Of a DNA stretch of 64,000 nucleotides, positions 1 through 12,683 are shown piece by piece. How positions within the stretch are numbered: the stretch's first letter is position 1; the number at the start of each line of letters is the position of its first letter. The position numbers and the translations under genes are program-made. The stretch lies in contig OX597816.1 in NCBI GenBank assembly GCA_951406725.2, positions 99,944,001-100,008,000 of the forward strand, in the 5' to 3' direction. A model generated the notes under the pieces. That model saw nothing but the letters and a program-made list of their open reading frames with translations. It searched no databases and was not told where the DNA came from. This DNA is from Octopus vulgaris. Its lineage: Eukaryota.

Positions 1-1005
1 TGAGCCAGAGGACTGCACTAAGTCCTACTGTCTGCTTTGACAAGGCTTCTGTAGTTGGATGCCCTTCCTAATGCTAACCACTTGACAGTGTGCATCAGCA
101 TCGGTGAGATCACTAGGGGAAGTTGTATTGAGAGAAATGGATTTGTGCCCATTTATGACAGAGGGACAGAAACAAGTATCTTGCTGTAAAGAAAATACAT
201 GGTTACCCCAGTCAAAGGAGAGAGAAAGCGAGAAGATATGTATGTGTGTGTGTGTCTGCTGCTCTCTTGAGCTTACATTTGTGGCACAAGGCCTTCTTAA
301 CAGGGCATGTCCAAATACTACTTTGCTGCGTATCTAGCTGTCAGCCCTTCTCAGGCCTAGGGTAGTAGTACTCTTGATAGGTATTACCATCAAGGACCAG
401 AGTAGCCCTAAAGGTAGTGGTAACGAAGAGGAAATATTATGCTCACCAAAAATTCATCTACTCTCAAGTTGGAGCCTTACCATCAGAAGCAGTTTAATAT
501 CTTACCCAGAACAGCAACAACAACAACAACACGTGCATGCATGGGGAAGTTATTAAAGTAAAATTTTATCACAAATATTGTAGGAAAATATCTTAATAAC
601 CATTTCAAATCTCAACTAAAGTTATAAGGATGCTGATCATATCTAAAATGCATTTGTTTATAAGTTCCTTGAAGCTTTCCATGATGTGTATTATATGGCA
701 CATCAGCCATCAAACATATACAAGCTAAAATAGACTTTGGTTACTGGAAGTAAGTGAGAAACAATAATATTCAACAGGTAGGTAAAATCTAAAGGTTATG
801 GAAATTTTTACTAAGAAATTTTGACTCAAAAGAAGCTAATATATAAATAGAAATATGTAGCTGAATGCTATGCAGATAGAGCAAAAAAGCTTTTCATTTT
901 ATAAATAAGTGTCTAAAATATAAAAAACTATATGTTGTAAATAGTTTTATGAAATAAAGATAGAATGCTGAAAGGTGACAGTTTGAGATATGGTCATATT
1001 TTTTT

Positions 1006-1010
<5 letters not shown>

Positions 1011-1046
<36 letters not shown>

Positions 1047-1072
1047 CGTGTGTGTGTGTGTGTGTGTGTGTG
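1011..1072. repeat. (TG)n microsatellite
   Basis: Direct reading; interrupted by two TGCG units. Confidence 0.95.
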
Positions 1073-1628
1073 TATTGTGCAGCAAAATGAAAGAGTACAA
1101 ATGTAGTGTGAATAAGTACCATGTTCTATCACGTGTGTGATGTTTATATGCTTAGGCTTGAAGTAGGTGTTAGCTTAAATCGTAAAAGCACAAATTATTT
1201 TCAGTATCTCAGAGTTAACTAACTGATCTGTTTCTTTTAAAATGTTTATTAGAGTTCTATGCATCTAGTATTTATTGGAGGTAGGAACATTGCCAAAGTT
1301 CTGTTAATGGTTTTAGTGATCAGTTCAAGAATAATCACTAATTATATTCATTGTTGTTAAATTATAACTAGCTGAAAGTTATGACAGAAGCTTATGAGTC
1401 ACGTAATTTGTGTTTAATAATAGAACATATCCTTAGCAAATACATAAAGTAAACTATTGATGATTATATGAATACTTATATTTTGTAGCAATTTTTTGAT
1501 TAACTAAGTATATTATTTATTGTTTTTATAAAATATATAATATATATTTTGAAATATTGAGTATCTTTTCTCCCTGCATGAAAGAAGAAATACTATGGTT
1601 TTTTAAACTATTAAGATATATATACATA

Positions 1629-2805
1629 TCATCATCATCATCTTCATCATTTAACGTCCGATTTCCATGCTACCATGGGTTGGACGATTTGACTGAGGTC
1701 TGGTGAACCAGATGGCTGCACCAGACTCCAATCTGATCTGGCAGAGTTTCTACAGCTGGATGTCCTTCCTAACACCAACCACTCCAAGAGTGTAGTGGGT
1801 GCTTTTACATGCCACTGGCATGAGGGCTAGTCAGGCAGTACTGGCAACGGCCATGCTCAAATGGTGCTTTTTATGTGCCACCTGCACAGGAGCCAGTCCA
1901 GCAGCACTGGCACCGACCTCGCTTGAATGCTTGTTTTCACGTGCCACCAGCACAAGTGCTAGTAAGGCGACGCAGGTAACGATCAGGCTTGAATGGTGTT
2001 TTTAACGTGCCATCGACATGGAGGCCAGCTTGTTGCTCTGGCAGCGATCTCACTCATATGGTACTCTTAGTACTCCACTAGCATGGATGCCAGTCATTGA
2101 ATTTGATTTCAATTTCGATTTCACTTGCCTCAACAGGTCTTTGCAAGCAGAGTTTAGTGTCCAATGAAGGAAAAGCGTACATAAGTGGACTGGCTACAAG
2201 GTCTCACTTGCGCTTGCTGAGTCATCTCAAGCACAGCATATTTTCAGAGGTCCCAGTCACTAGTCATTGCCTTGGTGAGGCCCAGTGTTTCAAGGTCATG
2301 CTTCACCACCTCATCTCAGGTCTTCCTGGGTCTAGCTCTTCCACAGGTTCCCTCAACTGTTAGGGTGTGGCACTTTTTCACACAGCTTTCCACATCCATT
2401 TTCGCCACATGACCACACCAGCGCAGTCGTCTCTCTTGCATACCACATCTGATGCTTCTTAGGTCCAACCTTTCTCTCAAGGCACTCACACTCTGTCGAG
2501 TATCCACACTGACATTACACATCCATCAGAGCATGCTAGCTTCATTCCTTGTGAGCTTACGCATGTCCTCAGCAGTCACGGTCCATGTTTCACTGCCATG
2601 TAGCATGGCCATTCATACACATGTGTTGTACAGTCTACCTTTTACTCTGAACGAGAGGCCCTTTGTCACCAGCAAAGGTAAGAGCTCTCTGAACTTAGCC
2701 CAGGCTATTCTTATTCTAGCAGCTACACTTTCAGTGAACCCTCCCCTTCCACTGACTTGGTTACCTAGGTAACGGAAGCTATCAACTACTTCTAGTTTTT
2801 CTCCA
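1629..2805 (-). mobile_element. RTE-clade LINE, 5'-truncated 3' fragment (RT C-terminus, 3'UTR, (GAT)n tail)
   Basis: Minus-strand ORFs read GEKLEVVDSFRYLG...ARIRIAWAKFRELLPLL and RRLRWCGHV...GRARPRKT, typical of RTE RT C-termini; (CAT)n tail at 1629-1650. Confidence 0.92.
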
Positions 2806-2845
<40 letters not shown>

Positions 2846-2847
<2 letters not shown>

Positions 2848-3291
2848 GGTGTCACATAACTGGTACCTTGCCGGTGGCATGTAAACAGTACCTTTTGAGC
2901 ATTGAGCCTCACAGAAGCTATGTGGCCACTGCTGGTGTCACATAACTAGCACCCATGCTGGTGGCACAAAAAATGTACCTCTCGAGCATTTGACCTCACA
3001 GAAGTAACGACAAATGACCAAGACCTTTGGCAGTATGTTGTGCTTGAGAAGAAGACCCATCAAGCCAGCTAAAGTTGTAGTAGTGGCAGATACTGGTGTC
3101 ACACAACTGGCACCCATGCCAGTAACATGTAAAAGCACTCTCGGAGGGGTTGGCATTAGGAAGGGCATCAAGCCATAGAAACCATGCCAAATCAGACTGG
3201 AGTCAAGTGCAGCCCCTCAGCTTTCCAGCCCTGGTAAAACTGTCCAACCAATGCCAGCATGGAAAACAGATGTTAAATTATGATGATGATA
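2846..3291 (+). mobile_element. RTE LINE 3'UTR fragment, opposite orientation to 1629-2805
   Basis: Contains GGTTGGCATTAGGAAGGGCATC...CCAGCATGGAAAACAGATGTTAAA followed by (GAT)n, the reverse complement of the RTE tail seen at 1629-1800. Confidence 0.85.
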
Positions 3292-3499
3292 ATTATAATG
3301 ACATATATGCCACAATTCCCACCGATGGGGCTTTGGAACATGCCAGCAGTGTATTAACTGCCGGCACTGGTCCATTTTTCTTCTTTTTTATAACTTCCAC
3401 CATCGGTGGCACAATTCCCACTGACGAAGTTTCAGGACATGCTGGCAGTGCACCATCAACTGAACCGACCATTTTCAAGAAATCCAACAATACCAGATC

Positions 3500-4003
3500 T
3501 TTGGCTGATTGGGTTCACTGGGTCAAAACTGTTTTTGACCCCACCCAATCAGCCGAAGGCAAAACTTTTACATTGAGGAGCTTGGCTCCACTGCCACCCA
3601 GACCCCGGCAGATAGTGTCCTCTATCCACTCGGGTTCTAGTCTGGGTGACAGCCTACAGACCCAAGCTCTTGTTAATTTCTTCCCACAGTATGTGGGAAG
3701 AAACAGAATCTTTTGCCCTGGCTCACAAACTTGTGAGCCACTTCAGGGGTGTCAAACAGCAACCACACCATTGCATATTTGACCCCCCACCCCACTGGAG
3801 ATGAATTTAATAGTTGGCAGATATTCTGCCAACTCGTTTTCAATTTCAACTTTGGGAAAGACTGTAATGGTGTCAAGTGACTTAGAATAAGTCCTCAACA
3901 CCACCGTTCTCTCATTTAAGTCTTTTAACCACTGCTTGGGTGGGACAATCTCCCACTCCAACACAGAGTCCTGTTTCTTCATCATGTTCTTGGAAGAAAA
4001 CAA
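3500..4003 (-). pseudogene. Frameshifted ORF1-like protein, probably from an L1/Tx1-type non-LTR element
   Basis: Joined frames read EIVPPKQWLKDLNERTVV...IENELAEYLPTIKFISSG/KYAMVWLLFDTPEVAHKF/ILFLPTYCGKKLTRAWVCRLSPRLEPEWI. Homologous to the ORF at 56571-57040. A pyrimidine-rich leader lies upstream (4020-4500). Family assignment is inference. Confidence 0.55.
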
Positions 4004-4529
4004 AGTTCAACATAAAGTCACAAAAAGAAAAAAACAAGGAAAGAAAATAGTTCAAGAAAAAGAACAGTTCAAAATAATAAAGTCACAAAAAAAAGAAAGA
4101 GGAAAGAAAACATTTCAAGAAAAAAAGTTCAGAAAGAAAGTCGCGAAACAGAAGGAAAACAGTTCAAAAACACAGCATACACAAATTTTTCTGCCACTAG
4201 GTAGGTACTCCAGTCCAACAGGTATTCCAAAAAAGGTCCTCCAAAAAGGTATTCCAGGGTCACAGCAGCAGGAACACAAAAAAAATCGGGAAGCAAGCTT
4301 CTTACCACACAGCTATTCCTGTATGGAATATAGCTTATAGTGAAATTGGAGGGAAGGTTAAAGGTTGATAGCTTGGTGAAAGATATAATACATACATATA
4401 CTGAGGACAGGAAAGAGAGAAAAAATATAAAGAAGAGAAAAATTAGAGAGAATGAAAAAGCAATGCTCAAACACACAGACACAGTAAAGGCTATAAACAT
4501 AATGAGAGTATAAATACACACAAACACAA

Positions 4530-5530
4530 ACACACACATACATGCATACACACACTTGAATGCATAAAATATGTATATATATATATATATGTGTGTGTGT
4601 CTCCTCTCTCTCTCTTTCTCTCTCTCTATATATATATATACATATATATATGTTAATAATAATAATATGACAACAAAAGAATGAATGAGACCTTGATATT
4701 ATGTAAATTAGAGGAATTTATCTATAAATATATGTGACAATAGCTGAAGACTGCTCTAGCATCTCATCAGTTATTAAGACAAATGCTATGAAGAAAACTG
4801 TTGAATAAAAGGAAAGTAATACTTCAGTCATAGAATCCGCATATGCACACATATACATACACACACACACATGTATGTATATATATATATATCTATATAC
4901 ATACTCACACACGTGTGTATATATACATACAAACACACATATATACATATGTCTTTGCATACACGCACATACACATGTATATATACCCATGCATGCATCA
5001 CTACACTCATATACACATTTCTACATGCACACACACACATATATATATGCGGATATACAAAACGTAGTTTATATGCACATGCATACACAGAAAGATGCTT
5101 ATACAAATAAAAACATATGTAAACACACATGCATCATTACGTTCATATATACATCTCTATACACATATATACATACATACGTGGATATACAAAACGGAGT
5201 CTATACACACATGCACATACATATGCAGATAGACGTATATACAAATAAAAACATATATGCAAAAACATAAACCGTTAAACATTCACATTCACTGCAAAAC
5301 TTGAATATACAAATGAGATATATATGTATATACACAAATACACCCTCCTGTCTGTCAAACACATCTACACCTGCAGATATATAAACGTACATACATATGT
5401 ATATGTATGAAGGAAGGAGACAAGTACAACAGGTAGAGTCTTGCACTCGTATATATATATGTGCAATCATTTGTGCACCTGTATTAGGCACACACATACA
5501 CATTAGGTATATACTACATGCGTATAAGTT
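4530..5530. repeat. Low-complexity (TA)/(CA)/(TC) microsatellite field
   Basis: Direct reading; explains the overlapping Y/I/H/T/C/V-rich ORFs in the ORF track. Confidence 0.9.
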
Positions 5531-5534
5531 ACAC

Positions 5535-7325
5535 AATTATAAAGGGTGAAAAATAATAAACAAAAGAAATATATAATGTGATAAAATATATATAAGAAAT
5601 ATATGAGATGTTAAGACATATGAAAGGCTTGTATGTGGACATAATATAAAAAGCAGATTCTATCTGTGATCTTGGGGGGTCCAAAACCATAGCAAATGTT
5701 TTGCCGTATGTTGACATGACCCAAAAAGTTCAGTTCTTGAATTTAGACATGTAGCGGTGTCTAAAGAACTTTTCCAGATAAGCCAGCTTTCCATATCGCA
5801 AAGGCCGTACTTTCTACTGCTGTTGGTGTACGGCTTACACTTGGCCAAGATCAGCCAGTGAATCTTATAGCGGACACCTTTTTCTTTTAAGGACCATATA
5901 TAAGTGGATAATTTAGTTGTTTTCATTTTATTCCAGTGTCTGAAGCTTAAGGTGTGATCGTTGAACTTTGCTGTAAAATTTCCCTCTGTGAGACCCACAT
6001 ATTTCTTTGACGAAACTATGTCCTTAGTGGTTGCAGAGTCTACGATGGCTTCATAAATGATGGCCTTGGTCATACAAGCTCCATTTAGCGGGCACAAATT
6101 TTTAACTCTGCAGGAACAGCCAGCTTCATTTTGTTGTTTTTGTGTGTTGTGCGCAATTATATTTTTAAAGTTAGTAGTAGAACTAAAACTAGTTTTTAAG
6201 TGGTGCCTATTAAAGAGCTTTCTATAATTATAATTGATTGGAAAATGCCTATCTATAAGTGATAAGAAATATCTACCTATATTAAAAGTGACTTTGAAGG
6301 AGTAAAGTGGTGTGAACCAGATAATTTTCCTATTCCTATTTTACCTTTTCTTTGTTATAGGACTAATAACAGGTGTACAGGTTATTTCCTTGCTAAAACT
6401 ACTATATTTTAAAGCTTATTATATATTGGGGCAACACTATTAAAAAAGTTTATATTGGAGGAGAAGCTAGAAATTCTCTTGCTAATGGTTTTAACTAAAT
6501 TCTTAAATACTATGGGGGGATGGCAGGAACCTATATTAATATAGCTAAGTCTATCGTTGGGTTTTCTATAGGGTTTGTAAATATTCTTATTTAAATTTAA
6601 AGATACATCTAGGAAATTGACAACCGTCAGGTTGGTATCTATTATTATGCTAAGATCGAATGTTTTCATCATTTGGATAATGTCCTTCCTAAACCAATCT
6701 TGCACTGGTCCATTGGTGTTTGTGGTTAAAGCTAGAGCATCATCTTTGTAAATGGTGAAATATATATCAGGAGAAGTTTTATCCAACGTATCAAGTAGGA
6801 ATAGTCCAATGAGATTGCATATGCCTGCTCCATCATATGATCCCATGCTCACACCAAAGGCATCCTCTGTATCAGTTGTCTTAACCCACTCTGCTTTCTC
6901 ACCGAAGAGTAAAGTCTTTCTGGCATGGAAGATTATATCCTTATCTTATGTACTAGTTTCTATAAATTCGCTTGCAAAGGTGAATACTTTATCGAGCAGT
7001 TCCTAAGAGATAGAAGCATAGAAATCTACAATATCAAATTATGTAAATCTCACTTTTTTTTTTATTCCTAATGGCATTAAACCAGTCAATGACTTCTATA
7101 CTATTAGACCATTGTACTAACCTAGTAGCATTTCTGACTTTAGCATTGATTTTTCCTAAAATTTCTTTATTAATAATACCAATTTCTGAATTTGCTGGGT
7201 TAATAAGTCTACATCTAGGATTAAATAGGAAGTTCTTTTTATGGTATTTAATAGTTATAAAGGCCTCTTTTTTTGGGAGGACCTCTATTTTCTTTTATCT
7301 AATTTAAGCCTGGCAGCGATGATTA
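5535..7325 (-). mobile_element. Penelope-like element (Naiad-type), degenerate RT plus C-terminal GIY-YIG endonuclease
   Basis: RT motifs MGSYDGA.IC.L.G, IYKDDAL, VNFLDVSLNL, YKPYRKPN (6409-6852); endonuclease CSC..LCPLNGAC..IIYEA..YVGLTE..LSTYIWSLK..LNSRTEL..CQH (5660-6125). Confidence 0.9.
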
Positions 7326-7611
7326 ATGTTGTTATAAACTTGTGGTCTAGCTTTAGTGTAATTATTAATAATGTTGTTATGTAGAAGTCATGAGTATCTG
7401 CTGTTTTCTACAAGGTATAAGTTCTTGGCAATGTAATATGGAGAGATATTGTGAAAGCTGCCTCATACAATAACAATGAGGAAATATGCTTACCTATATG
7501 CATGCACATGCACATACACACCTTCATGCATACCTACACATGTACAAATCTATCTATCTATCTAGACAGACAGACAGATAGATAGACTGATTGATTGATT
7601 GATTGATTATA

Positions 7612-8045
7612 TAATAAGTTATGTTATAAATTAGAAATTTTCAAAATATATTCTTTGTTCTGCTGCAGAAAAAGTGAACAACAAGTGACAAAATGACAAC
7701 ATGGTCTGGTTGATTCAGCTTAATGGTGTGCATACTAACTAAAAACATTTTCAGAAACAGAAAGCCCAAACAATAAAATATTAAGATCATTACAAAGGTA
7801 AAAATAAAAAATATATATAACATGAAAATAAAATTTAGATATTGTGAAGATATAATTTGCAAGACATAAGTGTAGAGTTATTTGGTGATTATAAAAATAC
7901 ATTAAATGTGATATATATCTGTGGCAAAAAGGAAAAAATCATGTATAACAAAGTCTGATGGTCTGAAAAAGAAGTTGGGTATTGGAAACACACTATAAAG
8001 TGACACCAAAAACCAAATTATAAAACGGAAATGGGCTATTTTAAA
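7612..8045. repeat. Left arm of a long diverged inverted repeat (partner 10270-10705)
   Basis: AAGTGACAAAATGAC (about 7683) pairs with GTCATTTTGTCACTT (about 10616); GAAGTTGGGTATTGGAAACACACTATAAAGTG (about 7971) pairs with CACTTTATTGTGTATTTCCGACCCCCAACTTC (about 10334). Confidence 0.8.
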
Positions 8046-10160
8046 AGATGGACAATGTTTGGTGAAGCTTATATGGGCTATCTATATGGAATGGATTGGC
8101 AGCACAAAAGGTACATAGATGAGTGTCTGCAGAAATTCAAAAGCTTTGTTTTGCGGTTCGCTCAACCATAACGAACATCTCATAGAATTTTGGCATGATC
8201 CATGCCTGTAAGGGTTAGCTTTCTTCAAAATAGACTAATATTTTTGTTTTAAATGGTGTAGAGGAGCCAACTGCTTTTAGTTGCCATACATGCTTAGCTA
8301 GACTTATTGCCGACCTCTTCTCAGGATATTTGAAGGTATTTCTGCGTGAATGAGGTCTTGTTTTGAAATTGTTTTCTATCGCATCAGTATAAGTTTTGTA
8401 TGCAGTGGAACTGTCAATTTGTACCTTAGTTCTCTATATAACACCTTTATTTAGGCAATTACCATTTAAAGAACATCTTCTGAAGTTTTGACATTAAACG
8501 ACGATGATGATGATGATGATGTTTGTCAGCAATTCCGATAGGTTTGAGAATGGTCATTTTGTGCTGGTTGACAAAAGAAGCGAAGTTTTTGCAACAAGAA
8601 TAGTTAACTTCCTGGGTTCTTCTGTTATAGACTCAGTGATATTTATGATCACTTGAAAAATATCTAAATACTAAACTTTAAAATTCTCTACCTATACTAG
8701 CTCTAAGGCTTATGCTAAATGTTAAATTATACCACAAAACTTTTCAAGTTCTAGTTCAACGATATTGTTTGGGGTTGTTTCCACAAGTGACATAGGGGTT
8801 CTCTGAGAATCCATTATTGCTTTATACGGCAATGTAATACAAAGGAATATCATGAAAGCTGCCTCATCCAATGACAATGAGGAATTATGCTTACCTATAT
8901 CGCTAATCACATTCTTGAGAATATATGGCAGGTGATTTGACCATTTGGTGATATAGGATAGCCTTTCATTAGGCTTCTGATATGGCTTAAGTGCATTAGA
9001 TATCAAATTCAAGTTGATATCTGAAAAGCTAACACTACTAAAATTTCATGTCAACTGAAAATTTAAAACCTATTTGTTGCAAGAATGCAATGATTCTTCC
9101 AATCAAGTTTATGCTTGTTGATGTAATGGGTGACAAAAAAGCTGTCATCCCTGTATAAACTTGCATCTAAATAAGGAAATCTTTTAAGTAAATGATGCAA
9201 AATATATACACCTATGGCCATAGATAATTCTGCTCTATTGTACTTGCCCTTCGGCATATCGAACAAAGTATCCCCATCCTTCTTGACCTAGGTGGAGTTG
9301 TCGAAAAATAGCAAGGATTTCTTGTCGTGTTGGATGATGTCAACATCAGAGTTCCTGACAGGTATTTACTAATTAACAAAATCTAGTACCTTGTTACAGG
9401 TGGGTAAAAGTCAACAATATTGAACTGAGTGAACTTATAGTTATTCTTATTGTTAATGTTCTTAAACCAGTTTATAACAGACATGCTGTTATCTCATAAA
9501 AGGAATTCAATGACTCTACTAATTCTATGGGGAATGGATTCTAAAGTATTCTTGCTAATTACGTTTTAACTGGGTTAATTAGTCTACACTTGGAATTTCT
9601 GCTAAAATTTGTTTTGTGGTCAGTCTTTAAAGGTAAGTGGTGGAAGGTACTCTCTATCACTGATACTAAGGCTGCTTGTGCTTCTTCTTGCTTCAAGATT
9701 TGTCTCTCTGTATAAAATATTGTCTGCCTTCCTATATGTATCTGTGATGTTATTGGGAGAAGCCTGTTGTATAAATTTTTGTCCACAGCACAGAGGGTTT
9801 GTATTGACTCAGACTGAGCAAACATTTTGTCTGAGTTCCTTATTTTAGTTACGTTTTTTTTTTTCCTTCAGAGACCCCTGGAATGCCTCATTTAGTGTAT
9901 GAAATTTTATTTTCCTGGTAAGGTCAAACAGGTCCTTCTTAAAAGGTTCTAATTACTCGTTTGCCGGAGGGCTCTTCCTGAATTTGAAATCCTACTTGTA
10001 GACAGTGCTGCCTCATTCTCTCTTATTGAGAAAATACACTTGCTATTTTATTATGTGGATGAAATCTTTGGTTTTCTCTATAAAGTTTGTCTAGTATTGC
10101 TAATTCAATGCAATTGAGATGTTCTTTATTGAAAAATTCAGTGTGCGTAGTTCCATTTTC
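8045..10160 (-). mobile_element. Second Naiad-type Penelope-like element, near full-length but heavily disrupted
   Basis: Start MELRTLNFSIKNIS near 10157; SKCRLINP; FDMPKGKYNRAEL; ASLYRDDS; LKPYQKPNERLSYI; CSLNGNCLNKGVIY GIY-YIG region near 8440-8490. Confidence 0.85.
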
Positions 10161-10269
10161 GAACTTTTTCTTCCTCCTCTGCCTTATTTAAGATATAATG
10201 GTCTGTTTTGGAGAAAGCCAAGCCTTACAGACATGGATTGGGCCAAAAGTCTATAAGATATCCATTTTG

Positions 10270-10705
10270 CTTGAGTAAAATGTACTTTATACTATTCCAA
10301 GACAAATCTCTTTATAAAATTCAGCTTTTGATGGCACTTTATTGTGTATTTCCGACCCCCAACTTCTTTTTCAGATTGTTGAAGTTTGTAATACACAATT
10401 TTTTTGTGGCAGTAATCATTATATTTAATTTGTTTTTTTTTTTTCCAACCAACCAATAATTCTGGATTTACATTTTACAAATTTTATCTTCATATTATAT
10501 ACATATTTCTTAATTATACCTTTATAACAATCTTAATATCTTAACACTTGGGTTTTCTGTTGCTGAAAATGCTTGTAGTTACTATGCACACCTTTAAAAT
10601 GATTCAACTAGACATGTCATTTTGTCACTTATTCATTTTTTCTGTTGTAGTACTAAGAATATATATATATTTAAAATCATTAATTTATGATATAATTTAT
10701 AATGT
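10270..10705. repeat. Right arm of the long inverted repeat (partner 7612-8045)
   Basis: Reverse-complement similarity along the arm, read by eye. Confidence 0.8.
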
Positions 10706-10734
10706 ATTATACAATTTATAAAAACCATATATAT

Positions 10735-11700
10735 ACCAGGATGAGTCAAAAGATTTTTGGTATTTCAAGCTTAAATTAATAGTTCAAACAAATTTCACAT
10801 GTTAAGTGTTTATTCATCAACATATGTGTCATCATATTCTATTGTCTGTTGCAATCATTGTACCAGAAGCTCAATTCCATACTTGTACCATGCACATGTT
10901 TTCAGTCCCAACCACATTGTTGAATCTTCGTCCATGCAGGATATGAGCCATAGCTTAGAAGGGGCAGTAATCTGATGGTACAACGTCTGGACTATAGCTA
11001 GGCGGCAGCACTTGCAGCCCCCTAAGTTCCTTGAGTTAGTGCTTGGTCTCATTGGAGGTGTGCACTGGGGGCATTGTTATACTGCATGAGAGCGTGTCTT
11101 CGCTTGACCAATAACGGGGTAGTGGGCTTTCAAAGCATCATATACTCACTGCAGTTGTTGGACATAAAGGTTCTACCAAACATAGAACATAACCTTCTGT
11201 TTGATGAAAGGTTCTAAAGCCTGGCAGGAACGAAGCCATTGACTTCTCTAGGCACAATTATGAAAATAGATCCACATTTTGTTCCTAGTTATAATTCCAT
11301 GTCAAAAACAGGCTTCTCGAGGATTTGCCCGCAGTTGATTGCAAACGTTCATATTTCATTGAGCCTGGCCATTGGTCAGTTCATAAGGAACCTTTTGACG
11401 TCTCCAGAATTGAGGGAGTATTAATCCAAGCCAAGGCCTGCTTAATGACTAGGTCTAGCTCAGTGTGACGAGTGAAATGACCAGCATTTATGTGACAAGA
11501 CAGACCGTGAAGACCTATGGGGGTCGGGGTGCCAACCACAGTGGCACTTCAGTCCTCTGCAGGCATCAGCTCGATGTGATGTCTCAATGGTGCACCTTTC
11601 CTGCTTCTATTTTTTTATGGTCTTTAGCAAAACAGTGATGACAGGAAGCTGTCCATGAACCCAATAGTGTGGAATTTAAATTTCTAATAATTTTATTGAA
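10735..11700 (-). mobile_element. Degenerate mariner-like DNA transposon
   Basis: TA-CCAGGATGAGTCAAAA TIR-like end at 10735; minus-strand remnants resembling HDNARPHT (about 11060-11095) and GDETWI (about 11268-11295). Confidence 0.5.
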
Positions 11701-12180
11701 GTCATATAATAAACTGTTTAATCGTTACTGTTCAAGTTCAGCTGTTTAAAGAAAATCCAGATTTGATAAAAGTGTCATTAATGTGATGTAAGTTGGCAGT
11801 GGGAATGGTGACAAATTCAACAACTACTGATAGGTTGACAGCTGAATTGAAATTTTTCAATCTATGAACTGTATCTTCATTTGTGAGGCATGACAAGTGA
11901 ACAACACTAGATGGATTTTTAGTTAAAATTCCATTAATACCTGCTGCAATTTTAATAAAATAATTGCTTATGGACAGGCAAAGAATTGAGAATATTACAT
12001 GTTTTTTGAGTTAATGTGTCAATTGTGGAACTCTGCCTGATAATGTAAAATATATCAATATCCTCTGGTTGCTTGTAGTTGTTAAAATTATTGCACCTCA
12101 AGTGTCCCACAAAACGCACAGGTTCTGAATCTGAGTTTCTGTGAAAATTCGTTTGTTTTTTCCGTTTTACGAATCCAGTG

Positions 12181-12393
12181 TGCACATGCGCATTGTATTT
12201 TAATACGCCTATTTCCAAACTAAGGAAATAGAGTACTGAAGCAGACGACAGTTGCTTCAATCATTTTTAAGAAAACAACTAAGATGGCGGCCACATTCGA
12301 ATAAACAAGTCATTGGCGCTTCGTTTGTCATGACAAACTGCTAATTACACACATGCACTCTAGTAATTTGGCTGTTGAAATACAATGGTAAGT
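12181..12393 (+). promoter_or_regulatory. Candidate promoter and first exon, copy 1
   Basis: NRF1-like TGCACATGCGCA 12181-12192; YY1 consensus AAGATGGCGGCC 12281-12292; ATG 12385-12387 followed directly by the splice donor GTAAGT; locally CpG-richer. Confidence 0.6.
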
Positions 12394-12534
12394 TCGTACT
12401 GTAATGTTGTTTTAGCTTATTATGGACATTAGAATTTTCCTTCCTTCATAAACGGCCAACATATTTTAGTTTCGAAAATTTGGCTTTATATTTTCATTTA
12501 TTAGTCAATAACTTTAAAGCAATTTATGACAACG

Positions 12535-12683
12535 TTCTTAGTTCAAATTCAACCGAGGTCAACTCTGCCATACATTCTTTCGAGGACGATAAAATAAGTA
12601 CCAGTTGAGTTTTGGAGTCAAAGTAATCGATTTATTTACTCGCTTCCCTGAAATTGATGGCCTGTGTCAAAACTTGAAACCAA
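12535..12683 (+). mobile_element. SINE, family with GATAAAATAAGTACCAGT core
   Basis: GTTCAAATTC..CCGAGGTCAAC...GATAAAATAAGTACCAGTTGAG...TTGAAACC; other copies at 13205-13380(-), 27150-27240(+), 45148-45365(-), 60190-60390(-). Absent from duplication copy 2. Confidence 0.7.

Noticed and set aside
3150-3782. 210-aa plus-strand ORF
   Set aside because: Spans an RTE tail and the antisense of the ORF1-like remnant; no coherent domain.
4129-5536. Many overlapping 65-140 aa ORFs
   Set aside because: They are translations of microsatellite and low-complexity DNA.
5660-6125. Selenoprotein-type Naiad (in-frame UGA at conserved Cys)
   Set aside because: The Cys positions I could read in the GIY-YIG regions of the three Naiad fragments are not TGA, and I saw no convincing SECIS.
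11952-12260. 102-aa minus-strand ORF as a divergent gene
   Set aside because: No recognisable domain, non-ATG start, overlaps promoter motifs.
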